DNA of 63,701 nt, filler included, from Octopus bimaculoides (GCF_001194135.2; 7 parts of 7 records of this genome joined end to end with filler, not necessarily neighbours in it); one strand, 5' to 3'. Counted from the whole stretch's first letter, positions 1 to 11,808 are shown. Numbers and translations are program-made. The notes: a model not told the origin generated them from the letters alone.

Positions 1-119
1 ATATATATAACGAAAGAAACGAGGGCAATAGTTGGAATTTTATTTGGCCAGAGAAAAGAATAACTAAATACATTAAGTATTTATGAGGGATAAAATAGTC
101 AAAAATATTACATATGCAT

Positions 120-410
120 ATCTGGCCCTGGCACTTCATCGATTGCGACGGCGAGTGTTCTGGTTGTTCCATTCACCGGAACAGCCTGCTCATGAAATTA
201 ACGTACAAGTGGCTGAACACTCCACAGACACGCGTACCATTCACATAGTTGTCATAAATATTCAGCGTGACACACAATGCGACAAGGTTGGCTTTTTGAA
301 TTACAGGTACAAGGCATTTTTGCTAGCTGACCGAACTCGAACAAGCTGTAATAAAGTAGCTTGCTCAAGGACAAAATGACCTTACAATCGTGAGCCTATT
401 GCCCAAACCA
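120..410 (-). mobile_element. tRNA-derived SINE, family C (decayed)
   Basis: Same sequence as 28829-29182, 48430-48560 and 57275-57590 (gaacagcctgctcatgaaattaacgtacaagtggctgaacactccacagacac core). Confidence 0.75.
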
Positions 411-1589
411 GATATGTATATCAATAAGGAATTAAAAGGAGTATAAAATAAAGCATGATAGTCATGGTTGTATTTTGGAAAGCTGGGAAAGCGAAAGATG
501 GGTAAAATGACCGTTGGATGCAATCACGTCTTCAAAATTGTAAGCCAAGATTGAAAGACGACCAACATGATTGCAAATATTTGACTGAACGCGTACACAC
601 GTACATAGATAAATACCTTCAAACGCTTACATACATGCATCGCACTCACGTGTATCACGCACACATGCTATGCACACACATTCATTCACACACAGGAAGA
701 CATCTTACGTAAACGTGAATTAAACATTATTCTCCAGAACTCTTTTTTTGTTAGATTCATGACTTTGCATAAGCGTGTACACATATATACACACGCGTGT
801 TAAGTCTATACATACATGTGTGTGCGCGCGTGTGTGTGTATATATATATAGCACAGTGCATTTGCGTGTGTCTGTGTGTGTATATATAGCACTGAACATG
901 TGTGTATATGTGTGTGTATGTATACAACAATGTATCTGTGTGTATGTATATTTGCGCGCGCACAAATATATTTTAACACCAAACGAGATAACAGTTACAT
1001 ATTGCTAGTTTTTCTGAGGAAAGTTACTCAATTACGAAAATTAATTCCGAAAATTCCTATATATTAAATTATGAAAGCATATGGCCACGTTACATGAGAT
1101 GATCGTGAACAATCTATGATGAAGTATACTACGTTCTCAAATATGGGTTACGCAATTATTATATCTGTCATGTTTCTGGCGAAAAGCCAGAAAGACAATT
1201 TCTTTATGGCCCTAAAAAAAACCTAACATTTTTATTTATGTATTGTGTACCTAGCAAATTAATGTCTTCAACTACAACGTACAACTGTATTGTATTACAT
1301 CCACACCTGCTATCTTTTATGCAATCTTATTATTGATATCCTGTTGTTTATTCTAATTATATATATATGCACATACGTACATAGAAATACACACCGACTC
1401 ACAAACAGAATATTTTATTCATCTTACTTCGAGCTGTGCGGATAATACCGGACTGACTTAGTGCTTCAACTTAAAAACCTAAAATTATAAACGTATTCCT
1501 TGTAATACTATGTATATGCATGTGTGAATCTGCATCAAGTATTTTCTTTTTTATATATTTCTCTACTGTAGTTTGATTTTATGACATTT

Positions 1590-1775
1590 CTGTTCTATAT
1601 TTTAGAGATGAGGAATTCTGTACATTATTTACATTGGACGAATATGTCCTCATCTTTTTGTAGTTACCGCAAGGTTTCGGCTAATTTACTCTTCAGCCTT
1701 CATCAGGTGTCCTGGTAAAATTGTGAACCCAACCCTGGGTTCTCATTCATAAGGTATTTGTTGCTGATGTTGTTA

Positions 1776-1845
<70 letters not shown>

Positions 1846-1918
1846 CATTATTATTATTCAAGGCGCTACCTGAAATTGAACTCGTAATCTTGGGGTTAGT
1901 AGTCCCCGCTCTAAACCG
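1590..1918 (-). mobile_element. Composite SINE-like element: 5'-truncated tRNA head, (TAA)n, tail with hammerhead-core motif
   Basis: Minus strand reads ggtttagagcggggactactaaccccaag, B-box GAGTTCAATTTC (1883-1872), (TAA)n, then CTGATGA-A-GGCTGA..TTAGCC-GAAAC; inverted homolog at 1916-2225. Confidence 0.75.
1660..1712 (-). ncRNA. Minimal type-I hammerhead ribozyme core-like motif (Penelope-type); helix I not closed
   Basis: CUGAUGA (1706-1700), extra A, 6-bp stem II GGCUGA/UUAGCC, GAAA (1678-1675), 3-bp stem III ACC/GGU with UUGC loop, GUA triplet ending 1665. Confidence 0.45.
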
Positions 1919-1996
1919 GGCATATAGAGTAATGGTTAAAAGCGTGGGCTACTAACCCTAAGATTGAACGTTCAATTCCAGGCCCTGACTTGAATA

Positions 1997-2055
<59 letters not shown>

Positions 2056-2225
2056 CATCAACAAAAAAAATACCTTAGGAATGAGAACTCAGGGTTGGCT
2101 TCAAAATTCTACCAGGAAACCTAATGAAGGGCTGGAGGGTAAATCAGCCGAAACGTTGTGGTAACAACAAACAAGATGAGGACACATATCCATCCAATGT
2201 AAATGATGTAAATAATGTTCATGAC
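1916..2225 (+). mobile_element. Composite SINE-like element: tRNA head, (TAA)n, tail with degenerate hammerhead core
   Basis: A-box TAGAGTAATGG 1925-1935, B-box GTTCAATTCC 1970-1979, (TAA)n ~1995-2053, tail ctaatgaagggctg..cagccgaaac 2121-2154. Confidence 0.75.
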
Positions 2226-2242
2226 ATTTGTCGCTACATATT

Positions 2243-2461
2243 TACGAGGAGATGCTGGAAAGTTCCTGGCTTTGGATAAAATAACACAGGCGGGTCAGTT
2301 AATTATGATTTTATTCAGCATATTACACTTTCAGATTCTCACACTTATTGCAGCAGCCCTTCAGGTTTACTAGTCTCCGTAAAGGAACTCAGAGGTTTGG
2401 ATTTCCAGCCAGGCCTTTCGCGATACCCTTAAAACCAGGAACTTTTCAGCACCCATTCGTA
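2243..2461. mobile_element. Mariner-type MITE
   Basis: TIRs cgaggagatgctggaaagttcctgg / ccaggaacttttcagcacccattcg with flanking TA on both sides. Confidence 0.85.
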
Positions 2462-2497
2462 TATTTACAATTTTTATTTTTATTTTAAATTCAATAA

Positions 2498-2579
2498 TGG
2501 GAAGAAGAAGAAGAAGAAGAAGAAGAAGAAGAAGAAGAAGAAGAAGAAGAAGAAGAAGAAGAAGAAGAAGAAGAAGAAG

Positions 2580-2647
<68 letters not shown>

Positions 2648-2650
2648 TGA
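2498..2650. repeat. Compound microsatellite (GAA)n(CAA)n
   Basis: Directly visible. Confidence 0.97.
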
Positions 2651-2899
2651 CAATAGTATGTTCATCCTTAAACTACCCTCATTCAGGGATCTTTTGAGCG
2701 GGATGGGCTGCTCAACCTGAAGAAACTTCTAACTGGGCCCCATGTGCAAGGCCATGCGCTGTTTATCATATGGTTGCCATGCATGTGCCTGGTGTACCCT
2801 TATCAGGTGGGTAATGATGATGGGTATAGTGGGCTTCGTATATTTGTATCCCAGTGTCTATCTGATGGCATCCATCGTTCTCTCAATCAATAATTATAG

Positions 2900-3120
2900 T
2901 GGAGTAATCTCTCGCTATACCAGGGTTCACCTATCACGGTTTATTATTTAAGCTCATGTCGATTCCTCCGTGGAGTTGTGTTCCATTTGTAATAAAATAA
3001 ATATATGCAAATTGTAAAAATAATTAAAAATATACAGTACTGATTATACTTCGCGGATTTTCACCTATCACGCGGGATTCTGGAACGTAACAAACGCGAT
3101 AGTCGACAGATTAGTCTATA
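2900..3120. mobile_element. Tigger/pogo-type MITE
   Basis: Ends agtaatctctcgctata..ttcacctatcacgg and tggaacgtaacaaacgcgatagtcgacagattagt resemble Tigger TIRs and subterminal motif; ttcacctatcac occurs twice. Confidence 0.65.
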
Positions 3121-5051
3121 CGGATATATTAAATTATTCACTACGTGTATTTCGTTGTTTGATATTGTGCCGGATCACAAATACACTTGTTTTGCAAGCT
3201 TGAACGGGCCTCAGTTGAATGTGGTGTATAGTCCTACGTGATTTTGTAAAATTTGTTACTGCGTCGTCCGCGTTTATCATATTATCATTTTACTGTTAAT
3301 AATTGACCTTTGGAATTAGTCTGTTGCCAATATTCATCTAAATATATGCATTTTGTTGTCTATTTCCACAAGCAATAACTTGTGTCTGTGCTTACAAATG
3401 TGTGCCTCGGGTAGCTATATTCAGAATTTATTTTAATTCCATTATTTCCTAACTAATATCTGTTCATCCTCTATCACAAGAATTAGAAGCTTTTCCTCAA
3501 ATTCCTCAGACAATGTCTAATAGATTTGTGTGCCGTCAGATAAGATGAATCTTTTTCTTTTGCGTTTGTATTTAAAAATTCATTTTGGCGATGAACGCCA
3601 TTACAAATATCCATTGTTTTATTATACTATTCAAGCCTGCTTATTGCCATTTACGACGCTGGTTCAATAATAACTTATTTCTTCAGACGCACATCATAAA
3701 TCTGATGTATGTTTTAAAATTCGAGACGTATAAGCTATAGCTTCAATAAATATAAATTTGTTTGTTGCAATTAACTAATCATAATTAATTGGATTCCATA
3801 TTAGAGACAAGTTGCGTGATAAAAATGCTTCTATGACGCACCTTCGAAATTTCTTGAAATACTTTTAATACTTTTCCCATTTTTCGACTTTATTCTCTAA
3901 GATCTCTGGAACTATTTCCTTAATTATTTCTGCCTTATTTGTTCAGCTTTCTTAACGTAGTTGGTGTTCTTTACTATGATGAACAGAAGATCTTCGCATA
4001 TGCCACATGAAGTACGTTTATTTTTTTTATATTCTGACTTATAAACATTATTCAAAAATCTTTACACAGACTTAGAAAAACACTGCAGAGAAAAAACAGG
4101 CTTTGAAGGGGTTAATTAATTAATATCAGCAATTTTACATAATAGAATCGAAATAATTTCTCTCCAGTAACGTGATGGTTCTGCTGGTTCTGCTGATAAA
4201 ATCTAATTATCAAATCTCTGCAGAATTTAAAAAAACTAACCTAATAAAAATATGAAAAGAAAAAATCTCTCGTTGGGTAAAACTAAACAGACAGGAAATA
4301 ATGTGAGGATCAAAGACAGAAACGGAAGGTGTAATTTTAGTTGCACTAGATCAAAGCGCATCTAGAAATAAAATAAATCGAAAAAATGTTTAATTAATAA
4401 AAGAGAAATGTTAATAGATTTTATGGAACAAAATTAAGCAAGGGTGAAAGCCTCATTTAAAGTTTTGTGTTTTTTTCAAACTAAGCAGATGGAATACAAA
4501 CACAAATATAACCAGCTTGGTTGCGTTATTCATCAGACAACATGTTGATTCTTTCATGGCACAACTAATATAACAGATAATATCACGCATCAAATTCGGT
4601 AACCAAATGGTAGCAAGACCCTAGTACATTCATACCCAAAGTGACAATGTCAAAGCGTGTTCCAAGAAAACGACACCAATGAACGCGAGGAGGAACTATA
4701 CATTACTACTCGTTTCCATTTCAAAAATTCTCAAGAAGGAAGACGATAAATGTTGCGTGTAAAAGTCTGTAGTTATAATACTTTCTAATATGTTTGCACA
4801 GGGCCAGCAATTTTAGAAAGAGTGGGTAAGTTGATTGATCCAAGTACTTGACATAATTTTATCGAGCACAAAGCAGTGAAAGTCAAAGTTGACCTCCGCA
4901 TGATTTGATCTCAGATCATAAAGATTTAAAGTGGGGAAAAACTGCTAACGATTCTTCTGGCTTACGTCTTGAAGTAGGTGGTAATAATTCGTTCTAATAT
5001 GGGCACATGACCAAAAATTTGGGGCAGGGTAGATAACCTTGTGTAACATAA

Positions 5052-5469
5052 TTTTTGCCCTTGGTAGCAAATGTTATTTCCTATTTGCGTACTCCTAGAA
5101 AGTATGAAAAATAGCTAATATTTCCTTCAAACTTTGCTTTTGTTACATTTATTCAATCCCCAAAACAATCCCTCTCAGCATATGGCTAGGATGCTCCCTC
5201 ACTACTCCTGTTCGTAATCAAAGATGCACATATTGTCAGCCACTAAATGACATACTGAGGTGGTTAAAGTCAAGCAACTGACAAGCAAATCTGTGACATG
5301 GAGCAGAATATTTGCTATAACAATATTTCTGCTTCAGCAACTTAGCACTGAATCTGCCTGAAATGTAATGGAAAATAGGTCACAAATGGAAAGATTTAAA
5401 GGAATTGTAGTCATTTTTTTTTCATTTCTAGACAGAAATAAATAGGAAATAGCATTTACTGTCCAAAGA

Positions 5470-5475
<6 letters not shown>
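5052..5475. mobile_element. MITE-like element with imperfect long TIRs
   Basis: caaatgttatttcctattt..ctagaaa (5068-) matches the reverse complement of tttctagacagaaataaataggaaatagcattt (-5457). Confidence 0.55.
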
Positions 5476-5509
<34 letters not shown>

Positions 5510-5702
5510 ATTTTGTGACACAGTGTAATACCGCTTATTTTATCGACCACAAAAAGATTAATGACAAAGTTAACCTCGATAGAATCTGAAATTAGAACGT
5601 AAAAACGGAAGAAAAGCGAAGTATTTTTATCTGGCGTACTATTGATTCTGTTATTTGGTTGCCTTGAAATAAGAAGTCATGATAATTTCTAATGTGAAAT
5701 AG

Positions 5703-5924
5703 CTGAAGCAGACGAAACTAGTGATTGACAAATTTACAACTCACAAAATATCAAAACCTGGAAGAAGTTATTTTACCGTGCGTTAAGCCACATCGGAACA
5801 GAGATTAATGAGAAGAGCATCAAAGAGAATAGCGAAGAGCAAAGAAAAAAAATCTTCAACCAAATCTTGACTTATAAACGAGAATCTAAATCTAAAACAC
5901 AAATTACATTCTTATTAAAGATTT
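5703..5924 (+). pseudogene. Exon-like 222-nt segment (phase 1-1) with one in-frame TGA
   Basis: AG 5701-02, GTAAGT 5925-30; frame xEADETSD*QIYNSQNIKTWKKLFYRALSHIGTEINEKSIKENSEEQRKKIFNQILTYKRESKSKTQITFLLKI; family not recognised. Confidence 0.3.
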
Positions 5925-6084
5925 GTAAGTACGTGGTACATTGTTCTGCAAACACAATATACTATAAGGTATACTAAATGTTTTCATAAGTCTGTACCAA
6001 GTTCTATTGCGCCAACAGTGTTCTTACATTATTTTGTTGAGGTTATTTCTATAGACATTATATAGTACTAATAACCAACACGGA

Positions 6085-6325
6085 TTTGCCTACATTCATT
6101 ATCCACTTCATTGCTTGACAGCATTACAGCAACAGCAACATATGTTGATGGCAGTCACAAGGTTCATTGAGTTGAGTTTTCATTTCAAGAGAAGTATGAG
6201 GCGCTTGAAATGCGCAGTGACGACCTTGTGTTTCATTTCTCTGTGCAAGATATTGTCCTGCTCCAGGATCTCAAGGTACTTGCACCCATTATCATACAGG
6301 TCTTCCATTCTCTCTCCGTTTCGTA
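6085..6325 (-). mobile_element. R4/Dong-type non-LTR retrotransposon RT fragment
   Basis: Translates to CKYLEILEQDNILHREMKHKVVTAHFKRLILLLK*KLNSMNLVTAIN, matching R4/Dong YKYLGILE..KLNS.NL..AIN. Confidence 0.8.
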
Positions 6326-6364
6326 AATATTATTATTATTTTTTTTTTTTAATTCCTTTATTTA

Positions 6365-6615
6365 TTTATTTTTTTTGGTGAAAACTCTCAGCTTATCTTA
6401 CTGGGTATGATGGAATGTGTCAGCTGTCCACAGCACGCAGACTAAAGTGGTACATCTTTACTGGTTATGATTCAAGAACCATACGGAGAATTCTTACAGT
6501 TCTAAGCAATGCTGATATTTGTACGTGTTGAATCTTTACATTTGTAGCAATCTGTTTGAGTCATGTTGGTATTTGAGTGCGGATACTTCCAAGTGCGCTA
6601 ATTACCATTTGTATC
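6365..6615 (-). mobile_element. R4/Dong-type RLE C-terminus plus 3' UTR
   Basis: VISALGSIRTQIPT*LKQIATNVKIQHVQISALLRTVRILRMVLES*, then UTR and A/TAA-rich tail. Confidence 0.8.
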
Positions 6616-7289
6616 ACGTCTAATTTCCTCATTAACCACAACCTTCGTATTTCCTACTTCAAATCGTCGTTGTTCAGCTTTACTTCTTTTTGATCGTATG
6701 GGAAGGGGTGAATCGATTCTATCGACCCCAGTGTTTCAATGGTATTTAATTTATCGACCCCAAAATGATGGGGTTTCAGGGTAGCCTCGGGAGTCTTCGT
6801 GCATCACAAGGGCCACATCTCTATCACCCACCCGGCACCTCTTTTTTAAACCTTTTTCTGCTATGCATATGTCACTTCATTTTCGTTTATACCGTGTATG
6901 CTTACTTACTTCTTTTTTTTTTTATCATTTCATTATATGTAAACCCCTGCATTTTATGTTTGTCCTTGTATTATCCCCCTCATTCTTCACCCTTGTGACA
7001 AATTAATGAAATCATTATTATTATTAACTTTTTAATCTGCATTATTACTATTTACTATTTAATCTGCATTTTCGTTACAATTACTTGCATAGCCATACCC
7101 AGCCTCCTCGGGCGAGTGAAGGATAAGTGTTGGTACAGACTTTCAGTATGACTGAAAGTTTGCTTCTTAGAAGCGTCGCGATGTTTTGAAAGATACGGAA
7201 ATAATTGATACTCAAACGCAGAATAATACTAAGAGAATAGCAGGAACAGAATAAAATATCCATCTTCTTTAAGAAAAATTTGCTAGCAG

Positions 7290-7370
7290 TCAGCCATGAG
7301 ACTTGAACTCACATCCCTGTGATTACCGTTCGTAGGGTTTTACCATTAAGCTAAACTATTCACCAACAAC
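7290..7370 (-). mobile_element. Degenerate tRNA-derived SINE head
   Basis: A-box-like TAGCTTAATGG and B-box GAGTTCAAGTC; no clean cloverleaf. Confidence 0.45.
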
Positions 7371-7521
7371 TTTCAACGTAATTTATATATATATATTTTT
7401 TATTTTGTGACGAGGGTCAATACACCCCTTGCGACAGTAGACTAACAGAACGACCATAAATATTAGCGGTCTGAGTGAGATAGGGAGTAGGCGTTGATTA
7501 AATGTGTCCTTTTTGTAGTTG

Positions 7522-7610
7522 AAGGCGGGTCGATGTAATCGACTTAATCCGTTTGTCTGTTCTTGTTTGTCCCCTCTATGTTTAGCCCCTTGTGGGCAAT
7601 AAAGAATATG
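7522..7610 (+). mobile_element. SINE family B, internally deleted, with 21-bp target-site duplication
   Basis: aaggcgg joined to gtcgatgtaatcgac..; flanks aatgtgtcctttttgta(g/a)ttg at 7501-7521 and 7611-7631. Confidence 0.8.
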
Positions 7611-8403
7611 AATGTGTCCTTTTTGTAATTGTCGGAATATAGTTTATTGTCTCGTGTATAGTTCGTGCAGAGCTTGTTGGATTGCTACGTTGTTTTACCC
7701 TGCATCGTTATGTATTTTATTGTTACTACACAGTTATATTGTAAACAAGTATCGTCATAATAATTGGCGATACAACAATTTATATATAGGACCATTTAGG
7801 ATGACAGAATTCTGATGATATATAATTAAGTAACCATAACATCATTTTTCTTTTGTGCGAAATATAAAAGTTCCCTTCATTAACACCCCTCAAAATCTAT
7901 TCGATAACAAATAAATTTATTCTCAGTTATAAAGTGTTAAATATCTGAATGTTCTTATCGCGTTACATTACTAGTTATATACATACTTGTCTTCTATAGT
8001 GTATGGCATAAAATGAAACTAATTTCGTGTACGAAACCCAGGAAATAATAACAAAAATAATATTCAATTTATAAGTCTCTGAATGAAGCTACTTCAAAAA
8101 TATAGATCATTAAAATAATTACTTTCTAATTTCTTTTTCTGAGAAAATAATCTCTTCAAATCAATTCTTCGATTGAAATATTGAAAGCTCTGATAAACAA
8201 AGAGATTCTTTTAATTATTTAGCTGCGTGATAGGAATGATTTATTGCACTCATAGAATACTGAACATTAGAAACTGTCTAAAGCCAACTATTTATTTCAT
8301 AATGATAGACTGGCAATTAATTTCCTCACTACACACAAGGGACGCACAAGCATATATATANNNNNNNNNNNNNNNNNNNNNNNNNNNNNNNNNNNNNNNN
8401 NNN

Positions 8404-8441
<38 letters not shown>

Positions 8442-8829
8442 CATAGATGCATAGATGCACGCATACACACACAAAAGTAGATATGTATATGTGTGTGTGT
8501 ATATATGTAGGTATGTATTTATGTATGTCATTATTCAGTTTTATTTGAAGATTTCTTGCCAATAGAGAAAGAGACGATTTCTAACCTAGATCCTTCATTA
8601 GGATTTCAACATCAACATCAGAGTATTTCGTCTAGTTTCCCGTTTGCTCTGCTTTCGTCGAACCTTTTCTCTTTGCTGTGTTATTTCTGCCCAACCCTTG
8701 ATAATCCATGTAACGCAATGCACACCCTGTTTGTTTATTTTTGTATGTATGTATGTATGTATTTTTGCATGTATTTGAGCAGATATATATGTTTTGTTTT
8801 ATGCATGTAGTCTCATGCATGTAGTTGCA

Positions 8830-9020
8830 TATCTAGACAGGCTCATAAATATACTTCGGGAAACTTTTACAGATTTTTACAGTTCCTATGATGGACTGGA
8901 TCTGTAGTCTTCGAATTAGCTTTCTCCTTTCCGGTTTTCAGAAGCCTAATTTCTCAAGATTAGTATTTAGGCAGTGTATGACATATTCTTAGGGCCCTAA
9001 TAATAACAAGAATAAACCTG
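8830..9020 (-). mobile_element. R4/Dong-type RLE 3' fragment
   Basis: LQIQSIIGTVKICKSFPKYIYE resembles the LQKSVILGT.KI C-terminus of RLE LINEs. Confidence 0.55.
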
Positions 9021-9267
9021 AATTTGTAATTTGGATAGAGTAACTGCAAATTTCTCATCATTCTGACCTGGTCCTCATTCCATTTTTCCGCTCTTCTCTC
9101 CCCATTTTCTGACTCAAACTCCTCTGTTATTTATTCTCTAGATTTTCCACAATGTTTAGACACTTTCTGGTCCTGTGTAAACATTAAACGACAATATTCG
9201 CTAAAACTTATTTTCATTTTCATTTTTTTCTTCACTGCCCCCACTATATGTATGCATGTATGTATAC

Positions 9268-9299
<32 letters not shown>

Positions 9300-9688
9300 A
9301 TATGTCTACAGGTCTATTACTGGTCTATATTTGGATATTTCCTGAATATGTGACCGTTTTCCAGTAATCTCTATATGATCTGGGAGTGTCCGTACTACAC
9401 CCTGTCGATGTTAAGTAGATTACTGGGACTTCAGCTACAGAATGTAGAGGGAAAAAAGATTATCATAAATCATCCCTGCCAATGCGCCAACGATTCTGCC
9501 ACTCTCCCCCTCGCAGAACATCATATGGAGTGTTTTGTTCCGAGACAAGCGCTCCTCGTTCGTGAGTGGAACCCACAATCTAGTAATCCTATGTGAGACC
9601 AGTAAGCCATGGGCTTTCACACACACACGCACACGCACACATGCACACACGCGCACACGTACATTCATATATACATACATATATAGAA

Positions 9689-9727
<39 letters not shown>

Positions 9728-9827
9728 NNNNNNNNNNNNNNNNNNNNNNNNNNNNNNNNNNNNNNNNNNNNTTAATTAATTAANNNNNNNNNNNNNNNNN
9801 NNNNNNNNNNNNNNNNNNNNNNNNNNN
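9728..9827. other. Synthetic 100-bp scaffold spacer N44-TTAATTAATTAA-N44 (also 33835-33934, 42398-42497, 48156-48255, 50677-50776, 59024-59123)
   Basis: Identical 44+12+44 layout six times; the 12-mer has stops in all six frames. Confidence 0.95.
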
Positions 9828-10794
9828 ATATATATATACGATCTGAATGGATGTATGTTAAGTAAGTATAAATCGAATTATATGAATATTAATGTTTATA
9901 TGTCTAGAAATCGGCTTGCCATACCAGTCCGTACATACGTATGTATATATTTAAGGAAAGTATACACACTCACTACTATTAAGTATATGACCATTCATTG
10001 ATGTATGTACGTCTGTATGTATGGAAATATGTAAGTATGCATGCGTATATGTATGTCTATATGTATGCATTGCGTGTGTATGTTCGTATGTACTTGGGTA
10101 TGAATGTATGTACGCTCCTGTCTACGTAACGGTATATATTTCTGTTGATTTCAGTACACATATCAGAAGACAGAGACTGAGGTAGACAGCTAGAAACAAT
10201 ATATTCTGTTTTTTCTAGCTATCTACCTCTGTCTCTATTGGAATTGAGTGATAGTGAGGTAAAGAAAGGGAAGCATGCAGACATAGCACACACGCACACG
10301 TCTACGTATGTGTGTGCGTATGTGTGTCTTTATTCATTCTCGCACTCACATTCTCGTGCATACATATTTCTACTCATGCAGCTAGACACACACACACACA
10401 CACACGCACATGTATTCCTTTAAATATATGTATATTCAAATGAATGTATAACAAATATATACACTTACATATATGCGCTTTTCTACCTCTATCAAATCAT
10501 CATTCCCTCTCTCTCTCCCTCCCTATATANNNNNNNNNNNNNNNNNNNNNNNNNNNNNNNNNNNNNNNNNNNNNNNNNNNNNNNNNNNNNNNNNNNNNNN
10601 NNNNNNNNNNNNNNNNNNNNNNNNNNNNNNNNNNNNNNNNNNNNNNNNNNNNNATATATATATATATATATATATATATGCATAGAACGAGAGAGAAAGA
10701 GACAGAGAAATAGATGGGTAGATAGACATATGAATGGATGGAAGAATAAATAGGTATATATACATGCACACACACGAACACATACGTGTGTATG

Positions 10795-10837
<43 letters not shown>

Positions 10838-10939
10838 ATATGGTGCGAAGTGTAAATTGTCTCCATTTTATATTTCTAATAATATAATTGTCTGTTTTTG
10901 ATTTTCTCCAAGTGAATATGCTTTGGGTTTTTCCAGGGT

Positions 10940-11410
10940 TTATTCAGACCGGATCAGATAGTGAACAAACAGAACAACCGTTCGCTTGCCGCGTCCCCAA
11001 AACATGTACCAATATTGACAGCAATCAAACATCCAATAAACTTCATAGTGTTTGTAGTGGTCACTAGTGATGGCGATGTTATTTATCCATTCATCTTCCA
11101 ATAAGCCCCCACAGTAAGCACGGGCCTATATCACATGCCTTCAGGAGGTAGTGTTGCCCAGGGTCAAGAGGGTTGCTGCTGGAAGACCCTATGTATGGCA
11201 ACAGGACTCACAAGCAGGAGAACTCAGTCATGGGTGTCAGGCAATTTCTGCGTCCACATCTCATATGGTCACCAACAAACTCTGAGTCACACCAACGTAA
11301 GGATCATGACAGCATTCCGCAACTGGAAGGAGACCGTCCAGTGGAGATGTAGGAGATTCCAAAGTAGTCCGGAGTCTGTGGTCGAGCCAATGGCGATTTT
11401 TACTCAATAA
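10940..11410 (+). mobile_element. maT/DD37D-like Tc1-mariner transposase remnant
   Basis: DQIVNKQNNR..HPINFIVFVVVTSDGDVIYPFIF, then after a frameshift CLQEVVLPRVKRVAAGRPYVWQQDS. Confidence 0.8.
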
Positions 11411-11484
11411 ATGTCTGTTAAAATAAGATGTCAATATTATTTTCATTTTGGTCAACTTAGACGACAATTTATTCATCGCACATT

Positions 11485-11526
<42 letters not shown>

Positions 11527-11762
11527 CGAGAGAGAGAGAGAGAAGACGCGGCCGCGCGCACCGACACTCACGCACGCAAACAAACGTATATATATTGATG
11601 TATATACGAATGAATTACTCTCTTGCTCTCTCTCATATATACTCATGCATATATTTGTTTAGATATACATACATATATTCATATAACAGTACTTATATAT
11701 CTGTATGTGTATATATGAAAATATGAGTCCATATATTTACTTAGTGTATATATATATATATA

Positions 11763-11808
<46 letters not shown>

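Noticed and set aside
720-1067. ORFs rich in YI/HT/CV dipeptides (here and throughout the track, e.g. 25027-25519, 62201-62687)
   Set aside because: Translations of (AT)n, (AC)n and (ATAC)n microsatellites, open in several frames on both strands
1758-2697. Poly-L, poly-R/T and poly-F ORFs
   Set aside because: (TTA)n, (GAA)n and (CAA)n repeats
3480-4010. Possible decayed coding sequence on the - strand
   Set aside because: Multiple stops and no motif I could assign
7290-7370. Functional tRNA gene
   Set aside because: Stems do not close; better explained as a SINE head
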